From positions 4,736,001 to 4,800,000 of the forward strand of contig OY970166.1 of the NCBI GenBank assembly GCA_963706595.1: a DNA stretch of 64,000 nucleotides, written 5' to 3'. Shown here piece by piece: positions 21,595 to 31,841 of this stretch (position 1 is its first letter; each line of letters opens with the position of its first letter). The notes below the pieces were generated by a model, which saw only the letters and a list, made by a program, of their open reading frames with translations, did no database searches and had not been told where the DNA came from. The DNA is from an uncultured cyanobacterium (GTDB lineage Bacteria; Cyanobacteriota; Cyanobacteriia; Cyanobacteriales; Nostocaceae). The position numbers and the translations under genes were made by a program.

Positions 21595-23052
21595 TTAATT
21601 TTCCTGAATTTGCTCAATTTCATGATCTACAATTTCTACCCCGTGTGCAGCCAGACATTTTTCCCAACCTGCACGAGTTCCTATTTCGCTTTTCTGCTTG
21701 AGTAGTCCTAACTGCTGTTCTTTTTGAGTCAGTTGAGCAAATTCCTCATAGCGGGGGTAGTTGGGAGTGACAAAATTTTCTTTGCGGTGCAGAATTGGCG
21801 GATTAGCCCTATCTGCATAATCACGGTGAGTTATGTATAAACTTTTTAAGTCAATAGTGATACTAGCTTTTAAAGCTGGATGGGGATCACTGTCAAAATC
21901 TGGGTAAAACAAATAGGATATTTGCGGTTTTTCAATGTTGTATTTAATTAATGTCGCCCCATCAACACGCCCAATAGTGCGGCTGGCACAGCTTTCATAA
22001 ATTCGTAATAGGGGATCTAATGCTGGGAGTGCGGAAACATGAACATAAAGTGCGCCCCGTGTGTGTTTGCCAATTTTGCTTTTTTCACAAGCTGTTTGCA
22101 CAACTTTGGGATTACCTAAACTAAATAGTTTTTGGTCGGCGACTTCACAAGCTTCTGCATAGCTACCAAAAAAGGCTTTGATATCGTGACGCATTTCTGG
22201 CGCTAGTTTTTGCCATGATGGACGTTGCTCAAAGTGGCTGAGGGCAAGATATACTTGGATATCTAAAGAACGACGATAGGCGATCGCATCCCATTCAGCT
22301 TCATCGGTAGCTTGTAACACCACATTAAAAGCCCGGCGGAAGTTTCCAAATTCACTGAGTAATTCTGTTTGGTTCGCTAATTCGCCTTTAACGGGTAATC
22401 TGCCCCGTTTGGCAAAAAAGTCCATCAGAGGTTGCAGTTGCTCTTGATAGTCCTCAAAGCGCTTGCTGGGGATACGAACTCTGGGTGTAGCAGTGCTAGA
22501 AAAGAAGCGGATGGCTTTGAAATTTTCTTTTGCAGCTTCATCACGAAAGACGAAATACACACCCAATGCTACAGGTACTGCATCAACGTTGAGAACTTCA
22601 TTAATATAACTTCTCAGTTCTTGTTGTTCATAATATTTCTGAAAAGTATTCCGGCGCGTGACAATCCCATCACTGTAAGCTAGTTGTGCTTTGCTGGGGG
22701 CATTAATTAATACTTGAGCCGAGACAATTAACACCTGCTGAGTCAGTTCCCAAGCGTGGATGAGACTTTGACGGCGTTCCTCTTGGTCTTCAATGACATT
22801 CAGGACATAACCTAAATTGACCACATCGGCGGGGGTAATGGTGTCATGGGGAAAATAATAAGGGTCCCAGCCAGCGCTGGTGTAGCCTAAATTGCCGACT
22901 CGCTGCACATCACCACCGTAGCCGCAGCCGTAATCAAAGAATGAGGTTTCCTGATGAAGGATAGCCCATTCTATTGCTAAACGTACGGGGCGAGAGATAT
23001 CATTACGAGCGATCGCGACTCGATGACGCTCAATTTCTAAAGATTCAGGCAT
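21595..23052 (-). CDS. DNA phosphorothioation-associated putative methyltransferase (TIGR04096-like)
   Basis: SAM motif FFDYGCGYGGD, GWDPYY, VNLGYVLNVIE, NTFQKYY, NPPILHRKE; directly downstream of dndE. Confidence 0.88.
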   Translation of the reverse strand: MPESLEIERHRVAIARNDISRPVRLAIEWAILHQETSFFDYGCGYGGDVQRVGNLGYTSAGWDPYYFPHDTITPADVVNLGYVLNVIEDQEERRQSLIHAWELTQQVLIVSAQVLINAPSKAQLAYSDGIVTRRNTFQKYYEQQELRSYINEVLNVDAVPVALGVYFVFRDEAAKENFKAIRFFSSTATPRVRIPSKRFEDYQEQLQPLMDFFAKRGRLPVKGELANQTELLSEFGNFRRAFNVVLQATDEAEWDAIAYRRSLDIQVYLALSHFEQRPSWQKLAPEMRHDIKAFFGSYAEACEVADQKLFSLGNPKVVQTACEKSKIGKHTRGALYVHVSALPALDPLLRIYESCASRTIGRVDGATLIKYNIEKPQISYLFYPDFDSDPHPALKASITIDLKSLYITHRDYADRANPPILHRKENFVTPNYPRYEEFAQLTQKEQQLGLLKQKSEIGTRAGWEKCLAAHGVEIVDHEIEQIQEN

Positions 23053-23078
23053 ATCAGTTATCAGTTAACAGTTAACAG

Positions 23079-23486
23079 TTAACAGTTATTAATATCCTTT
23101 CCATCTTTCAGCGCCAATTGGATTAAATCTTCAATTTTCTTGATATTTGGATCTCCGGCTAAATAACCAATCCCCCGATGCAAATGCAGCCGAAATTGGC
23201 TAGCGAGGCTGTCTTTATCAATGGGGTAGCCGTCGTTGTGACAGCGTTGTTTCAAAGCGAGGAGGAGGATATCAGACATTTCGCCGCCAAATACCCGCCA
23301 AGTCATTTCCACGTTGCTATCTTGGGGAATTGGTACCGGTGAGGGTGCGGTTGGTTCGGCGAGGGAACGACAAAAAGCCCAACGACATAATATATTCCAT
23401 TGGTCAATTTTTGTAGTGCGCCTGAGTTTAAGAAGTTGGTCTTTCGCAGTTTGGGAGAGTTTAATTCTTTCTATTGGAGATTCCAT
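23079..23486 (-). CDS. dndE: DNA sulfur modification protein DndE
   Basis: QLLKLRRTT..WNILCRWAFCRSL, FRLHLHRGIGYL; dnd context. Confidence 0.93.
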   Translation of the reverse strand: MESPIERIKLSQTAKDQLLKLRRTTKIDQWNILCRWAFCRSLAEPTAPSPVPIPQDSNVEMTWRVFGGEMSDILLLALKQRCHNDGYPIDKDSLASQFRLHLHRGIGYLAGDPNIKKIEDLIQLALKDGKDINNC

Positions 23487-23630
23487 AATAATTCCATTAT
23501 ATTAATTTTTACTTGATAACATTTCTTTATGAGGCATTTCCCAGTCTAATACAGTACACAATTATCTGCGTTCATCTGCGTCCATCTGCGTTTAATTATT
23601 ACTGCTTGTACCTCAGTTGAATGGGAATTG

Positions 23631-23978
23631 CTATAAACCCAAACAGTAGCGAACCGCAGCTTCAACTTCAAGCATCTTAGAATCAGAAATTTTGCCAGTT
23701 GATTTAGCCACAAAGCGATTTGGATCTAAAGACCGAATTTGAAAACATAAAAATACAGTTTCTATCAGCAGTCCACTGTCACTGGGAGATATCCTAATAT
23801 TAGTGGGATAATCGCGCTTAATATTTGTGCCTTTCGTCCCTACAACTACAGTCACTACCAAAGGTAATTGGTTAATAGCGTCTACAGATAAAACTAATAC
23901 AGGTCTTGTACCTGACTGTTCTCGACCTATGACCGGATTAAGATTAACAAAATAGATTTGCCCTCTTTCGATATTCAC
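23631..23978 (-). CDS. mazF: PemK/MazF family toxin endoribonuclease
   Basis: RGQIYFVNLNPVIGREQSGTRPVLVLS, QIRSLD. Confidence 0.92.
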   Translation of the reverse strand: MNIERGQIYFVNLNPVIGREQSGTRPVLVLSVDAINQLPLVVTVVVGTKGTNIKRDYPTNIRISPSDSGLLIETVFLCFQIRSLDPNRFVAKSTGKISDSKMLEVEAAVRYCLGL

Positions 23979-24226
23979 GGCTGTGATAAACCATCCATTT
24001 CGGTAACAATAAATTCCTGATTAATATTGGATATTTCTGTTTGTATATCTGGATCAATAGCCATTGCAGCTAGTTGTTCTTGCATATATTTCAAATTAAT
24101 AAATCTATCTGATGTTTGCTGCTTTTCTTTCATTTGTTTTTGGATACGTTCTAAAAGCCATTCTAGTTCTTCTAATGACAAACCACTTAAGTCACGTTCT
24201 ATTTCTCGTAAATTTGATGACATCAT
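23975..24226 (-). CDS. Putative antitoxin of the MazF toxin
   Basis: Small acidic ORF overlapping the toxin start by 4 nt; C-terminal AMAIDPDIQ.E...EF....DGL. Confidence 0.75.
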   Translation of the reverse strand: MMSSNLREIERDLSGLSLEELEWLLERIQKQMKEKQQTSDRFINLKYMQEQLAAMAIDPDIQTEISNINQEFIVTEMDGLSQP

Positions 24227-24283
24227 ATTTAACTAGCGATTTTTACCTGTGTGTGAGATATCTATTATTTTAAACAACATCTA

Positions 24284-26269
24284 CTACCAAAAATATTTAT
24301 TTTCTATGATTGTAGTTTGGCGGGTTGAGGAATCGTATTTGAGCAGATATTCACGAGCGATCGCTTCATTATTTCTCAGTGTTTCTACTTCGTGTTTACC
24401 AATCTCAGTATCAGTGGATAACAGTATTACTTGATGACTAGCAGAGGGAAAATAGCGTTCTACGAGGTTTCCCCGGTGGGATGAGTCTAATCTCCCCAGA
24501 GGCGTGTCTATGGCTACGGGTAAGCGGTGTCCAGAGACTCGCGCTAATCCCCAGAGGAAGGCGATCGCTAACAGTTGTTTTTCGCCGGCTGAAAGTCGAT
24601 GTTTAGGAACTGGTTTACCATTGAAGTCATACAGGGAGAGGCTAAAGCTATCAGTATGAATGGCGACACGATGCACTAAATCTGATTTGTGTAGCAGGTA
24701 GCGGAAACATTCTGTAACTTCAACTTCTAGTTTATTCAGTTTGCGTAGAGTCAGTTTCTCCCGAAAAAGTTTGAGTGTATCTTGAACTTTAGCCGTTGCC
24801 GTAATAATATGTTCGTTATATTTGCGATCAATATTGGTTTCTGTATATTTTTCTAAGGTTTTTTTAGTAGTCCGAATTTCAGTTTCTAATTCGTTTAAAT
24901 TTTGTTTCGCTATTTCACAAGCTGCTTGCGCTTCTGCAACTTCTTTTTGTGCTGCTTGCAATTCATCTACCAACCTTTGATAATCTTCTGGAGATGCGGC
25001 TGTTTGAATTTGTCTTTCTAGGGTAATTACTTCTTCTTCTTGAGTTTGGTGTAGTTCTAGCTGCTTTTGAGTAGCGTTTTTTGTATGAGGTAAATAATGA
25101 TGAATAGTATTATCTAAATGATGCAGGGTTTCCGTGTCAGATAATAGCCAAACGTCCCCTGTGGTATCTTGCTTAATTAAATTATTTTCTTGATCAATAA
25201 AATCTTGAATTTTTTCTACTTGTTGATCAGCAATAGTTAATTGTTTAATTAATTCAATTAAGCGGTGATCTCGTTCTAATAATAAATTATATGCTACCTT
25301 AGCTTGTTGAGTCCGAAATTCCTTTTGTCCTTGGATATAAGTTTCATTTAGCAAAGGTTCAATTAAAGCTAACGGTAAAATATCCGCAGCTAATCCGCGC
25401 ATGGCTTGACGGGTATTTTCTGACTCCGTAATTAGTTGAGATTTTTGTTTTTCTAAATAAGTGCGATCGCCTGCAATTTTACCACCTTCAGAGATGAAAT
25501 TATCCACAGCTTCTTGCTGCTTCTTTTCCGCTTCTCCCAAATTATCAGTCAGTTCATTTAATCCAATTTCAACTTCCTGATATTCCTCTTGTTGTAGCTT
25601 GAGTTCTTGTTCAATTTCTTCTAAATTAGCCAAATCTTGAGTATCAGCAATTTCTTTTCTTTTACGGTTGACGATAATTTCTAAATCACCGCCTAAACGT
25701 TCAGCTAATTCTAAACCTAAAAGTCCGCGAATTGCATCAACTACAATCGATGGAGGTGTTTCTTGTTCTGCGAGTTCCTTAACTTGTTCACCATCAAATA
25801 AAAACAGATTAGAAATACCTAAAGGTAAGAGATTTTCTATATACTCATCCCAAATATTAACTAAAGCCGTATCCAGCCATTCTTGAGCATCTAGAATACC
25901 TAAGTGGTCTTTACCATCTTTAGGGTTTTTTGTCCAGCGCCGGACAACTCTATATTTTACTGGTTGGTCATTTTCAATATGTTCAAAAACCAATTCAATG
26001 CGAGTATCTTCAGTGGGTGAACTGTGGCTATTAACGCATTGGTTGAGAAAGTCATTATAACTCAAGTTACCACGAGTGGAACATTGGGCGCGATGACCAT
26101 ATAATGCTAGGCGAATTGCATCCATCAGGGTAGTTTTTCCGCCCCCATTCATCCCACCTAAGAGGATAATTGGATAAGAATTTTCTTCATCAATTTTTGG
26201 ATCAAGGTTGATGACCTGACGACCACAGTAAGGGCCAAAGTTTTGTAATACGAGTTCGAGAAATATCAT
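24284..26269 (-). CDS. dndD: DNA sulfur modification protein DndD (SMC-like ATPase)
   Basis: Walker A GMNGGGKTT, LFLFDGEQ, coiled coil, LSAGEKQ, IDTPLGRLDS, LSTDTEI. Confidence 0.95.
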   Translation of the reverse strand: MIFLELVLQNFGPYCGRQVINLDPKIDEENSYPIILLGGMNGGGKTTLMDAIRLALYGHRAQCSTRGNLSYNDFLNQCVNSHSSPTEDTRIELVFEHIENDQPVKYRVVRRWTKNPKDGKDHLGILDAQEWLDTALVNIWDEYIENLLPLGISNLFLFDGEQVKELAEQETPPSIVVDAIRGLLGLELAERLGGDLEIIVNRKRKEIADTQDLANLEEIEQELKLQQEEYQEVEIGLNELTDNLGEAEKKQQEAVDNFISEGGKIAGDRTYLEKQKSQLITESENTRQAMRGLAADILPLALIEPLLNETYIQGQKEFRTQQAKVAYNLLLERDHRLIELIKQLTIADQQVEKIQDFIDQENNLIKQDTTGDVWLLSDTETLHHLDNTIHHYLPHTKNATQKQLELHQTQEEEVITLERQIQTAASPEDYQRLVDELQAAQKEVAEAQAACEIAKQNLNELETEIRTTKKTLEKYTETNIDRKYNEHIITATAKVQDTLKLFREKLTLRKLNKLEVEVTECFRYLLHKSDLVHRVAIHTDSFSLSLYDFNGKPVPKHRLSAGEKQLLAIAFLWGLARVSGHRLPVAIDTPLGRLDSSHRGNLVERYFPSASHQVILLSTDTEIGKHEVETLRNNEAIAREYLLKYDSSTRQTTIIENKYFW

Positions 26270-26312
26270 TTATCTTTGAGTTTTTAAGATACGGGGCGAG
26301 CGAGAGAATCCG

Positions 26313-26428
26313 GGCGAATGGAATTCGCGGCTACACAGGCGAAGTCCACCTTCGTGGACTAATAGAAAAGTGAAGTTTTTAACCCGCGTAGGCGGGTTTT
26401 GTTTGTATAGCCGCGAATTCCATTCGCC
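26313..26428. repeat. REPIN-like inverted REP pair with internal hairpins
   Basis: 21-bp perfect inverted arms GGCGAATGGAATTCGCGGCTA / TAGCCGCGAATTCCATTCGCC enclosing AGTCCAC-GTGGACT and AACCCGC-GCGGGTT hairpins. Confidence 0.85.
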
Positions 26429-26437
26429 AGGGCTAGT

Positions 26438-26845
26438 TTAAGTAAGTTCCCATAAAGGAATGATAGATTTTTCACTATGATGTATGCCTTGATTTCTAAT
26501 ATAATTAGCTACGTTGTCAATAGCATCATGACTAACAGTAAATGATCCATAACTACCTTGCCATTTAAAAAATTCATCTGGCTTAACTTCATGAGTAATA
26601 AAATGAGAAGAACTACCCTTAATTTGTTTAATCAATTCCGATACACTAACAGTTGTTGGGAAACCTGTTAAAAGATGAACATGATCTTCAACACCACCGA
26701 TTGCAATAACCGTGCATTTTAATCGTTCACATTCTCGAATAATTGCCGCATAAACTAATTTTTGAATATCAGGTGTAATTAGCGGTAATCTATCCCATGT
26801 AGCCCAAACATAATGTAAATACAATTGCGTAAAATTTGCTCTCAT
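26438..26845 (-). mobile_element. tnpA: IS200/IS605-superfamily Y1 (HUH) transposase, REP-associated (RAYT-like)
   Basis: LYLHYVWATWDR, HUH motif DHVHLL, KWQGSYG, catalytic Tyr in NYIRNQ; no tnpB; flanked by REP-like palindromes. Confidence 0.9.
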
Positions 26846-26976
26846 TTCTCCCTAACCCGCGTAGGCGGGTTTTGTCTGTGTGGTTCTGCGATTTCCATTG
26901 TCCGGGTATTTTGTTCATTTCTCTTTAACCCGCGCAGGCGGGTTTCGTTTGTGTAGCCGCGATTTCAATCGCCCGG
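26843..26976. repeat. Two ~73-bp tandem REP-containing units upstream of tnpA
   Basis: CATTTCTC..TAACCCGCG(T/C)AGGCGGGTTT.GT.TGTGT.. repeated at 26843 and 26916. Confidence 0.8.
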
Positions 26977-27012
26977 TACTTTATAATCTTTATAATCAAT
27001 ATTCATTTCTCC

Positions 27013-28616
27013 TTAACTCTTTTTAAATTTCATATTTCCCCAACTTGGCGGTTTATCCCTTGCGTCGTCGCTTTCGTCCACAGCGTCGCCCAAAGTCAAC
27101 TGCTTGACCTTTTTCACATCCCCTTGGTCAATGGCTTCTTTTAAATCGCGTTTTAAATGAGCATTTTTAATCGCTTCCTCTGGAGAATGGGAACTGGTGA
27201 CAAAACATTTCTCTAGACTTTCATATATTCCCACCCGACGACCTTTTTTGCGATATTGGCGTTCTGTGTCTAACAGCTTAGACATCAGTTCTAAGTGCAT
27301 AGCATCATCGCCACAAATTTCCTCTAGCACTTCCCATTCATCGCTACCCAGTAGACTATAGCCAGCACCAGGACGAGGGTCTTGGAAAACTTCACCAGTC
27401 ACTTCTTGATAAATCCGGGGTAAACTATCATCAAATTCATGCTTTTCTTCTAGCCAAATGCGGCGAATTTCACTAAGTTCCTCTGGAGTTATTAGCGTAA
27501 TATCGCGCATATTCTCTGGTGCTGTCAGCCTGATTTTAGTTTGTGCTTCTAGTAACTTTCTTAACAAATGTTCTCGCCAAGATTTAACGTAGGGTCCAGG
27601 TATTGGCTCAATAGAAACTTCCCCGTCCAAGTTACGCTCAAATAGTTGAACTTCTCCCCAAATACGGCGAAAGTCTCGCTTACTTCGGTCTTGGTCAATA
27701 TTTAATTCTTTAAACGAATATCCAGTCAGAGGTTGCATCCATTCTTTCTCTTCATCATTTTGGATCATGGCTTGCATAGACTTATCACTATTAACTAATG
27801 TACAAACCCAGCATCCAAAACGAGAGCTACCACAACTAGGAGTAGAAGTATCAACGACTAAAGGACATTCATTATCTGCTGTTGCACCTCGATACATAGC
27901 AAATAAGTCTTTGTTGCTATATCCCCAAGGATTTGCCCATTGCATCAAATACATCCAAACTTCATCAGTACGCCAATCTTCGATGGGAGTATAAAGCAGT
28001 GAGTTAAGCCAGACTAGGATTAGGACTAAGGCGCTCTCGGACTCTACCAATTTCACGCTTGGCCATAATAGCCGCACGATTGGTACTTTCAGCTCTTGCG
28101 AGTTCCTAAGACTACAATTGTTTCACCACTAGCCCGGACAACATCACGAATGAAGTTGTTAGAAGGGTCAATTTTCAACCTTCCGGTACACCAACGGAAT
28201 TTGTGACGTGGTGCTGGGTAGCCTTTACCAATCAAACCTACCCAGAAACTCTGTTTAGTCTCTGGTTTCAATAAATGCGGTTTTATTGGCATTTTTTGCT
28301 CTTGAGCCGCTACTTTCATCTGTTCTAATGAATTACGTACCCAAGTAGCAACATAAGGATTCTCAACTCCTGTATCAGTTGTAATTACATGAATTGGTTT
28401 AATCCGTTTTTCTGGTGGAAGTTCCTGTATTGCTTTCCAAATAAGCTGTAAGGTTGCTGTGCTATCCTTACCTCCGGAATAACCAATAACCCAAGGTATC
28501 TCGTCTAAACAATACAATTCTTGTATTTCAGTGGTGAGAACTTGGATATAGTCCACTAACTCTGCTACAGTACGTGTTTGCGGAACTTTATTTTCTGGTT
28601 GTTGTGCTGTAGTCAT
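27013..28616 (-). CDS. dndC: DndC sulfurtransferase (PAPS reductase-like); interrupted by apparent insertion frameshifts
   Basis: GYSGGKDS, FRWCTGRLKI, LGTRK, PIEDW, CGSSRFGCWVCT; +1 insertions near 28094 and 28010, compensated +1/+2 near 27712-27727. Confidence 0.92.
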
Positions 28617-28803
28617 AATCTCTCTATATTTTTAAATATGGGTGTGAATTCATTTTTACTATCCCAGTCAATGGTATTAGCTGGTATACAGGCAAAATTT
28701 ACCTATGTGGGTGCAAAATTTTTTTAAAAACCTTACTACTCTTACTCAATTTTTAGACAATTAGACTATCCTAACACCATTTTGTTTTTAAAAATTAATA
28801 AAT

Positions 28804-30402
28804 ATGAAGAAGAATGTATCTGATCAAACTGCTGACATCGCTCAAGAGTATCTGGAACGAGAAAACAAGGATAAACAGGTACTCGCCTTACTGCTAGAGA
28901 AGTTCATGGGGAAGAAAGACCAGATTCTAGTCCAAAAAACCGAGATGGGCGGTACTGAGGCTTTTGTTGGTTCTGTCACCTTGGAATGGTTGGCTGGTCG
29001 TGTTCATTTCGCCTCTGGTTTACCCTTGCTTGAGAAAAAGTACAATTCAGACACTGGTAACATCGAAATTGACGCAGATAGCATTGATGAAATTCAGCAA
29101 CGTCCCATTGACTGGACACGTCAAGCGCCCCTAGTACAGTATTTAGCAGCGCGGAAAAGTCACAAATTCCCACCTGTGCTGGTAGTAATTAATCAACCTT
29201 GGGTGGATAATCCCAAAGCGGCTGAGTGGGATAGTCAGGGAATAGCCTTAAAATCTACTACTGATTTCACCGCTTTAGATAAAGATGGTAAAGTTGGTCT
29301 GCTGAATATTTCTGAAGATAATGTGACAATTTATGCTTTGGATGGTCAGCACCGACTCATGAGTGTACAAGGGTTGATGGAGTTAATCAAAACTCGCAAA
29401 TTGCAGCGCTATAAAAAAGATAAAACTGCTGACGATAACTTTATTACCTTAGATGATTTGAGAGATCAGTACCAAGTAGACCTTGATTACTTGCAAACCT
29501 TACCCAAAGAAAAAATTGGGATTGAATTTATCTGTGCGGTTGCGGCTGGGGAAACTCGCACCGAAGCCAGAAGAAGGGTGAGGTCTATCTTTGTTCATGT
29601 TAACTTAATGGCTGCACCATTGACTAAAGGTCAGTTAGCACAGCTAAATGAGGATGATGGGTTTTCAATTGTGGCGAGAAAAATTGCAGTTACTCATCCG
29701 CTTTTGGAACAACGAAAAGAGCGCAATCCTCGTGTTAATTGGAATAGTGGAACAGTGGCATCTAATTCTACTGTTTTAACCACCCTGCAAGCTCTCCATG
29801 ATATGTGTGAGCGATATTTGGGGCAAAAATTCCCTCATTGGAAACCTCTGGAAAAAGGCTTAATTCCCATGCGTCCAGAGGATGAAGAACTTGAGGAAGG
29901 AATTGCGGAATTTAGCCAGCTATTTGATAATTTAGCCAGCCTTCCCAGTTATAAGCTGTTGGATGAAGAAGACACTCCAGCTTTGCGACGCTTTAGTTTT
30001 GAAAAAGATGGGGGGGAAGGAAATCTGCTTTTCCGTCCTGTTGCTCAAGTGGCTTTAGCGCAAGCTTTGGGAATCTTGGTTTTTCAAAAAGGTTTTACAC
30101 TAGCAAATGTCTTTAAGAAGTTGCGGAAATTTGACCAGCAAGGCGGTTTGAGTGGTATGGAGTATCCACAGTCTTTATGGTATGGCGTTTTGTATGACCC
30201 TAATAAAAAGCGAGTCCAGGTTTCTGGACGGGAATTAGCGGCGAAGTTATTCATTTATATTTTGGGTGGAGTTCAGGATCAAATGGAACGTGCTGAACTG
30301 CGTAAGGCTTTGGCTGATGCCAGAACTATAGAAAATAAAACAATAGGTTTTGATGGTAATTTTGTTGAACCCAAGCAAGTAGGACTTCCACCCGTGCTGT
30401 AA
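28804..30402 (+). CDS. DGQHR domain protein (DndB-related), divergent from dndC
   Basis: IQQRP, FPPVLVV, LDGQHRL, IFVHVN; located in the dnd cluster. Confidence 0.88.
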   Translation: MKKNVSDQTADIAQEYLERENKDKQVLALLLEKFMGKKDQILVQKTEMGGTEAFVGSVTLEWLAGRVHFASGLPLLEKKYNSDTGNIEIDADSIDEIQQRPIDWTRQAPLVQYLAARKSHKFPPVLVVINQPWVDNPKAAEWDSQGIALKSTTDFTALDKDGKVGLLNISEDNVTIYALDGQHRLMSVQGLMELIKTRKLQRYKKDKTADDNFITLDDLRDQYQVDLDYLQTLPKEKIGIEFICAVAAGETRTEARRRVRSIFVHVNLMAAPLTKGQLAQLNEDDGFSIVARKIAVTHPLLEQRKERNPRVNWNSGTVASNSTVLTTLQALHDMCERYLGQKFPHWKPLEKGLIPMRPEDEELEEGIAEFSQLFDNLASLPSYKLLDEEDTPALRRFSFEKDGGEGNLLFRPVAQVALAQALGILVFQKGFTLANVFKKLRKFDQQGGLSGMEYPQSLWYGVLYDPNKKRVQVSGRELAAKLFIYILGGVQDQMERAELRKALADARTIENKTIGFDGNFVEPKQVGLPPVL

Positions 30403-31344
30403 TTAGGCTTGAAATATATTTTGGCGATGCCATTGAAGTGCTTCCATTTCTGGAAAGTATTGTTCTGTATTTGGTAGAAGTATTTTTTCCCCATGAAAAT
30501 CTTTCATAGGTTTAGCGTAGGGAGAAACTTCTGCCAAGTCTTGGCTAACTAAAATTTTGTATTGGTCATCTATGGTAAACCAACCCCGGTCAAATGCCCA
30601 ATGATGATTTTTACACAGTGCTATTCCATTAGGGATTCTGTTGTCATAAAACTGGGAAAATGGTTTAATGTGTGCGCCATCAATAATATTTTGATTTATG
30701 GCTTTAGTTACTTTCATTCCACAAAAAGCACACCTAGAATCATAAACATATACAATAGCTTTCCTGAAAAAAGCATTTCTAATTGCTGCTCGCTTTAACT
30801 GCCATCTTGGCTCATAATTTGCATTATCAGATTTAAGTAATTTTTCTATTTCTACAGTTTGGTCATCAAAAGTATCATTGATTTTCAAAATAACTTCTAT
30901 ATCACTTTCATTCTCAGAAAAGAAGGCTACCACGAGTGCATCAATTAAATATTTTCGAGAAGTTTCATCTTGGAGGAAGTTAAATAATTCAATATCTAAA
31001 TAGGCATATTCAATAGTTTCTTTCAGTTTTTTAGTCGTTTTTGGACGCAACCCATTAAAATGAGGTGTAAACGCTAAGTACCAAAATCCTTCATTTTTTA
31101 GATGGTAGAAAGGATAGTGTAAACCACCTTTGTGATACGCAGACCCTATAACATTCCAGTAATTAGTAAATGTTTTAATTAATTCTTGTGAAATATAAAT
31201 TTTATTATCGTTAATAATACCTCTGCTAATTAAGTCAACCACAGATAAAAGTAATATAGGTTTATATAAAGCATTACCAAGCTTCCGGCTAACACTAACA
31301 TTTAATTGTGAAAATTTTTGACGATAATATTCTAAATTCTTCAT
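30403..31344 (-). CDS. HNH endonuclease with SBD-like N-terminal domain
   Basis: N-terminal YKPILLL...YPFYHL..EGFW; C-terminal RCAFCG, GAHIKPF, NGIALCKNHHWAFD, LQWHR. Confidence 0.85.
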   Translation of the reverse strand: MKNLEYYRQKFSQLNVSVSRKLGNALYKPILLLSVVDLISRGIINDNKIYISQELIKTFTNYWNVIGSAYHKGGLHYPFYHLKNEGFWYLAFTPHFNGLRPKTTKKLKETIEYAYLDIELFNFLQDETSRKYLIDALVVAFFSENESDIEVILKINDTFDDQTVEIEKLLKSDNANYEPRWQLKRAAIRNAFFRKAIVYVYDSRCAFCGMKVTKAINQNIIDGAHIKPFSQFYDNRIPNGIALCKNHHWAFDRGWFTIDDQYKILVSQDLAEVSPYAKPMKDFHGEKILLPNTEQYFPEMEALQWHRQNIFQA

Positions 31345-31369
31345 TTTGAAGCTTTTTTAAAGAAATAAT

Positions 31370-31841
31370 TTAACTTAAAAATTTACTGAGATCAAATTCT
31401 TCGTCTGACTGTTCTTGAGCATCTTTTTCGGAAATGAGAACCAATAACAGACGTTCTGAATAATCAACGGCTCCTCGTAATTCATTTTGTAAAATTTCCA
31501 GCCCTCCATTAGCATACTCTTCAAATATTTGGGTACGTTGGTCTTCATACTCTTCTTCTCTAGAAGAAAGTATTTGTATATCTTTGGTTTCAGTTATTCC
31601 TAATAATTTGATAATGAGGTCATGTCCTAGAGAAGCAAAATTTTCTTGTGGAATTGGTGAAGGTTCCCTTTTTGTAAATTCGCTTAGAGGAACACGCTTT
31701 TTATTTTTCACACCTAAAGCCGCCGCAAATACCATTACTTCCACATAAGTTTGAAAAGGTCCAGTTGTGTCTTTTGATGCTAATAACTGTTTTACCAACT
31801 CAGCCTTATCTTTAGCAACCCTGATTCTAGTTTGCAGCCAT
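31370..31841 (-). CDS. DNA phosphorothioation-associated protein 4 (TIGR04062-like); +1 insertion near 31830
   Basis: Restored N-terminus MAANRIRVAKDKAELVK; GPFQTY.EVMVFAAALG; IFEEYANGGLEIL. Confidence 0.85.

Noticed and set aside
26313..26976. Possible CRISPR array from repeated palindromes
   Set aside because: Only three irregularly spaced copies, no unique equal-length spacers, no cas genes; fits REP/RAYT better
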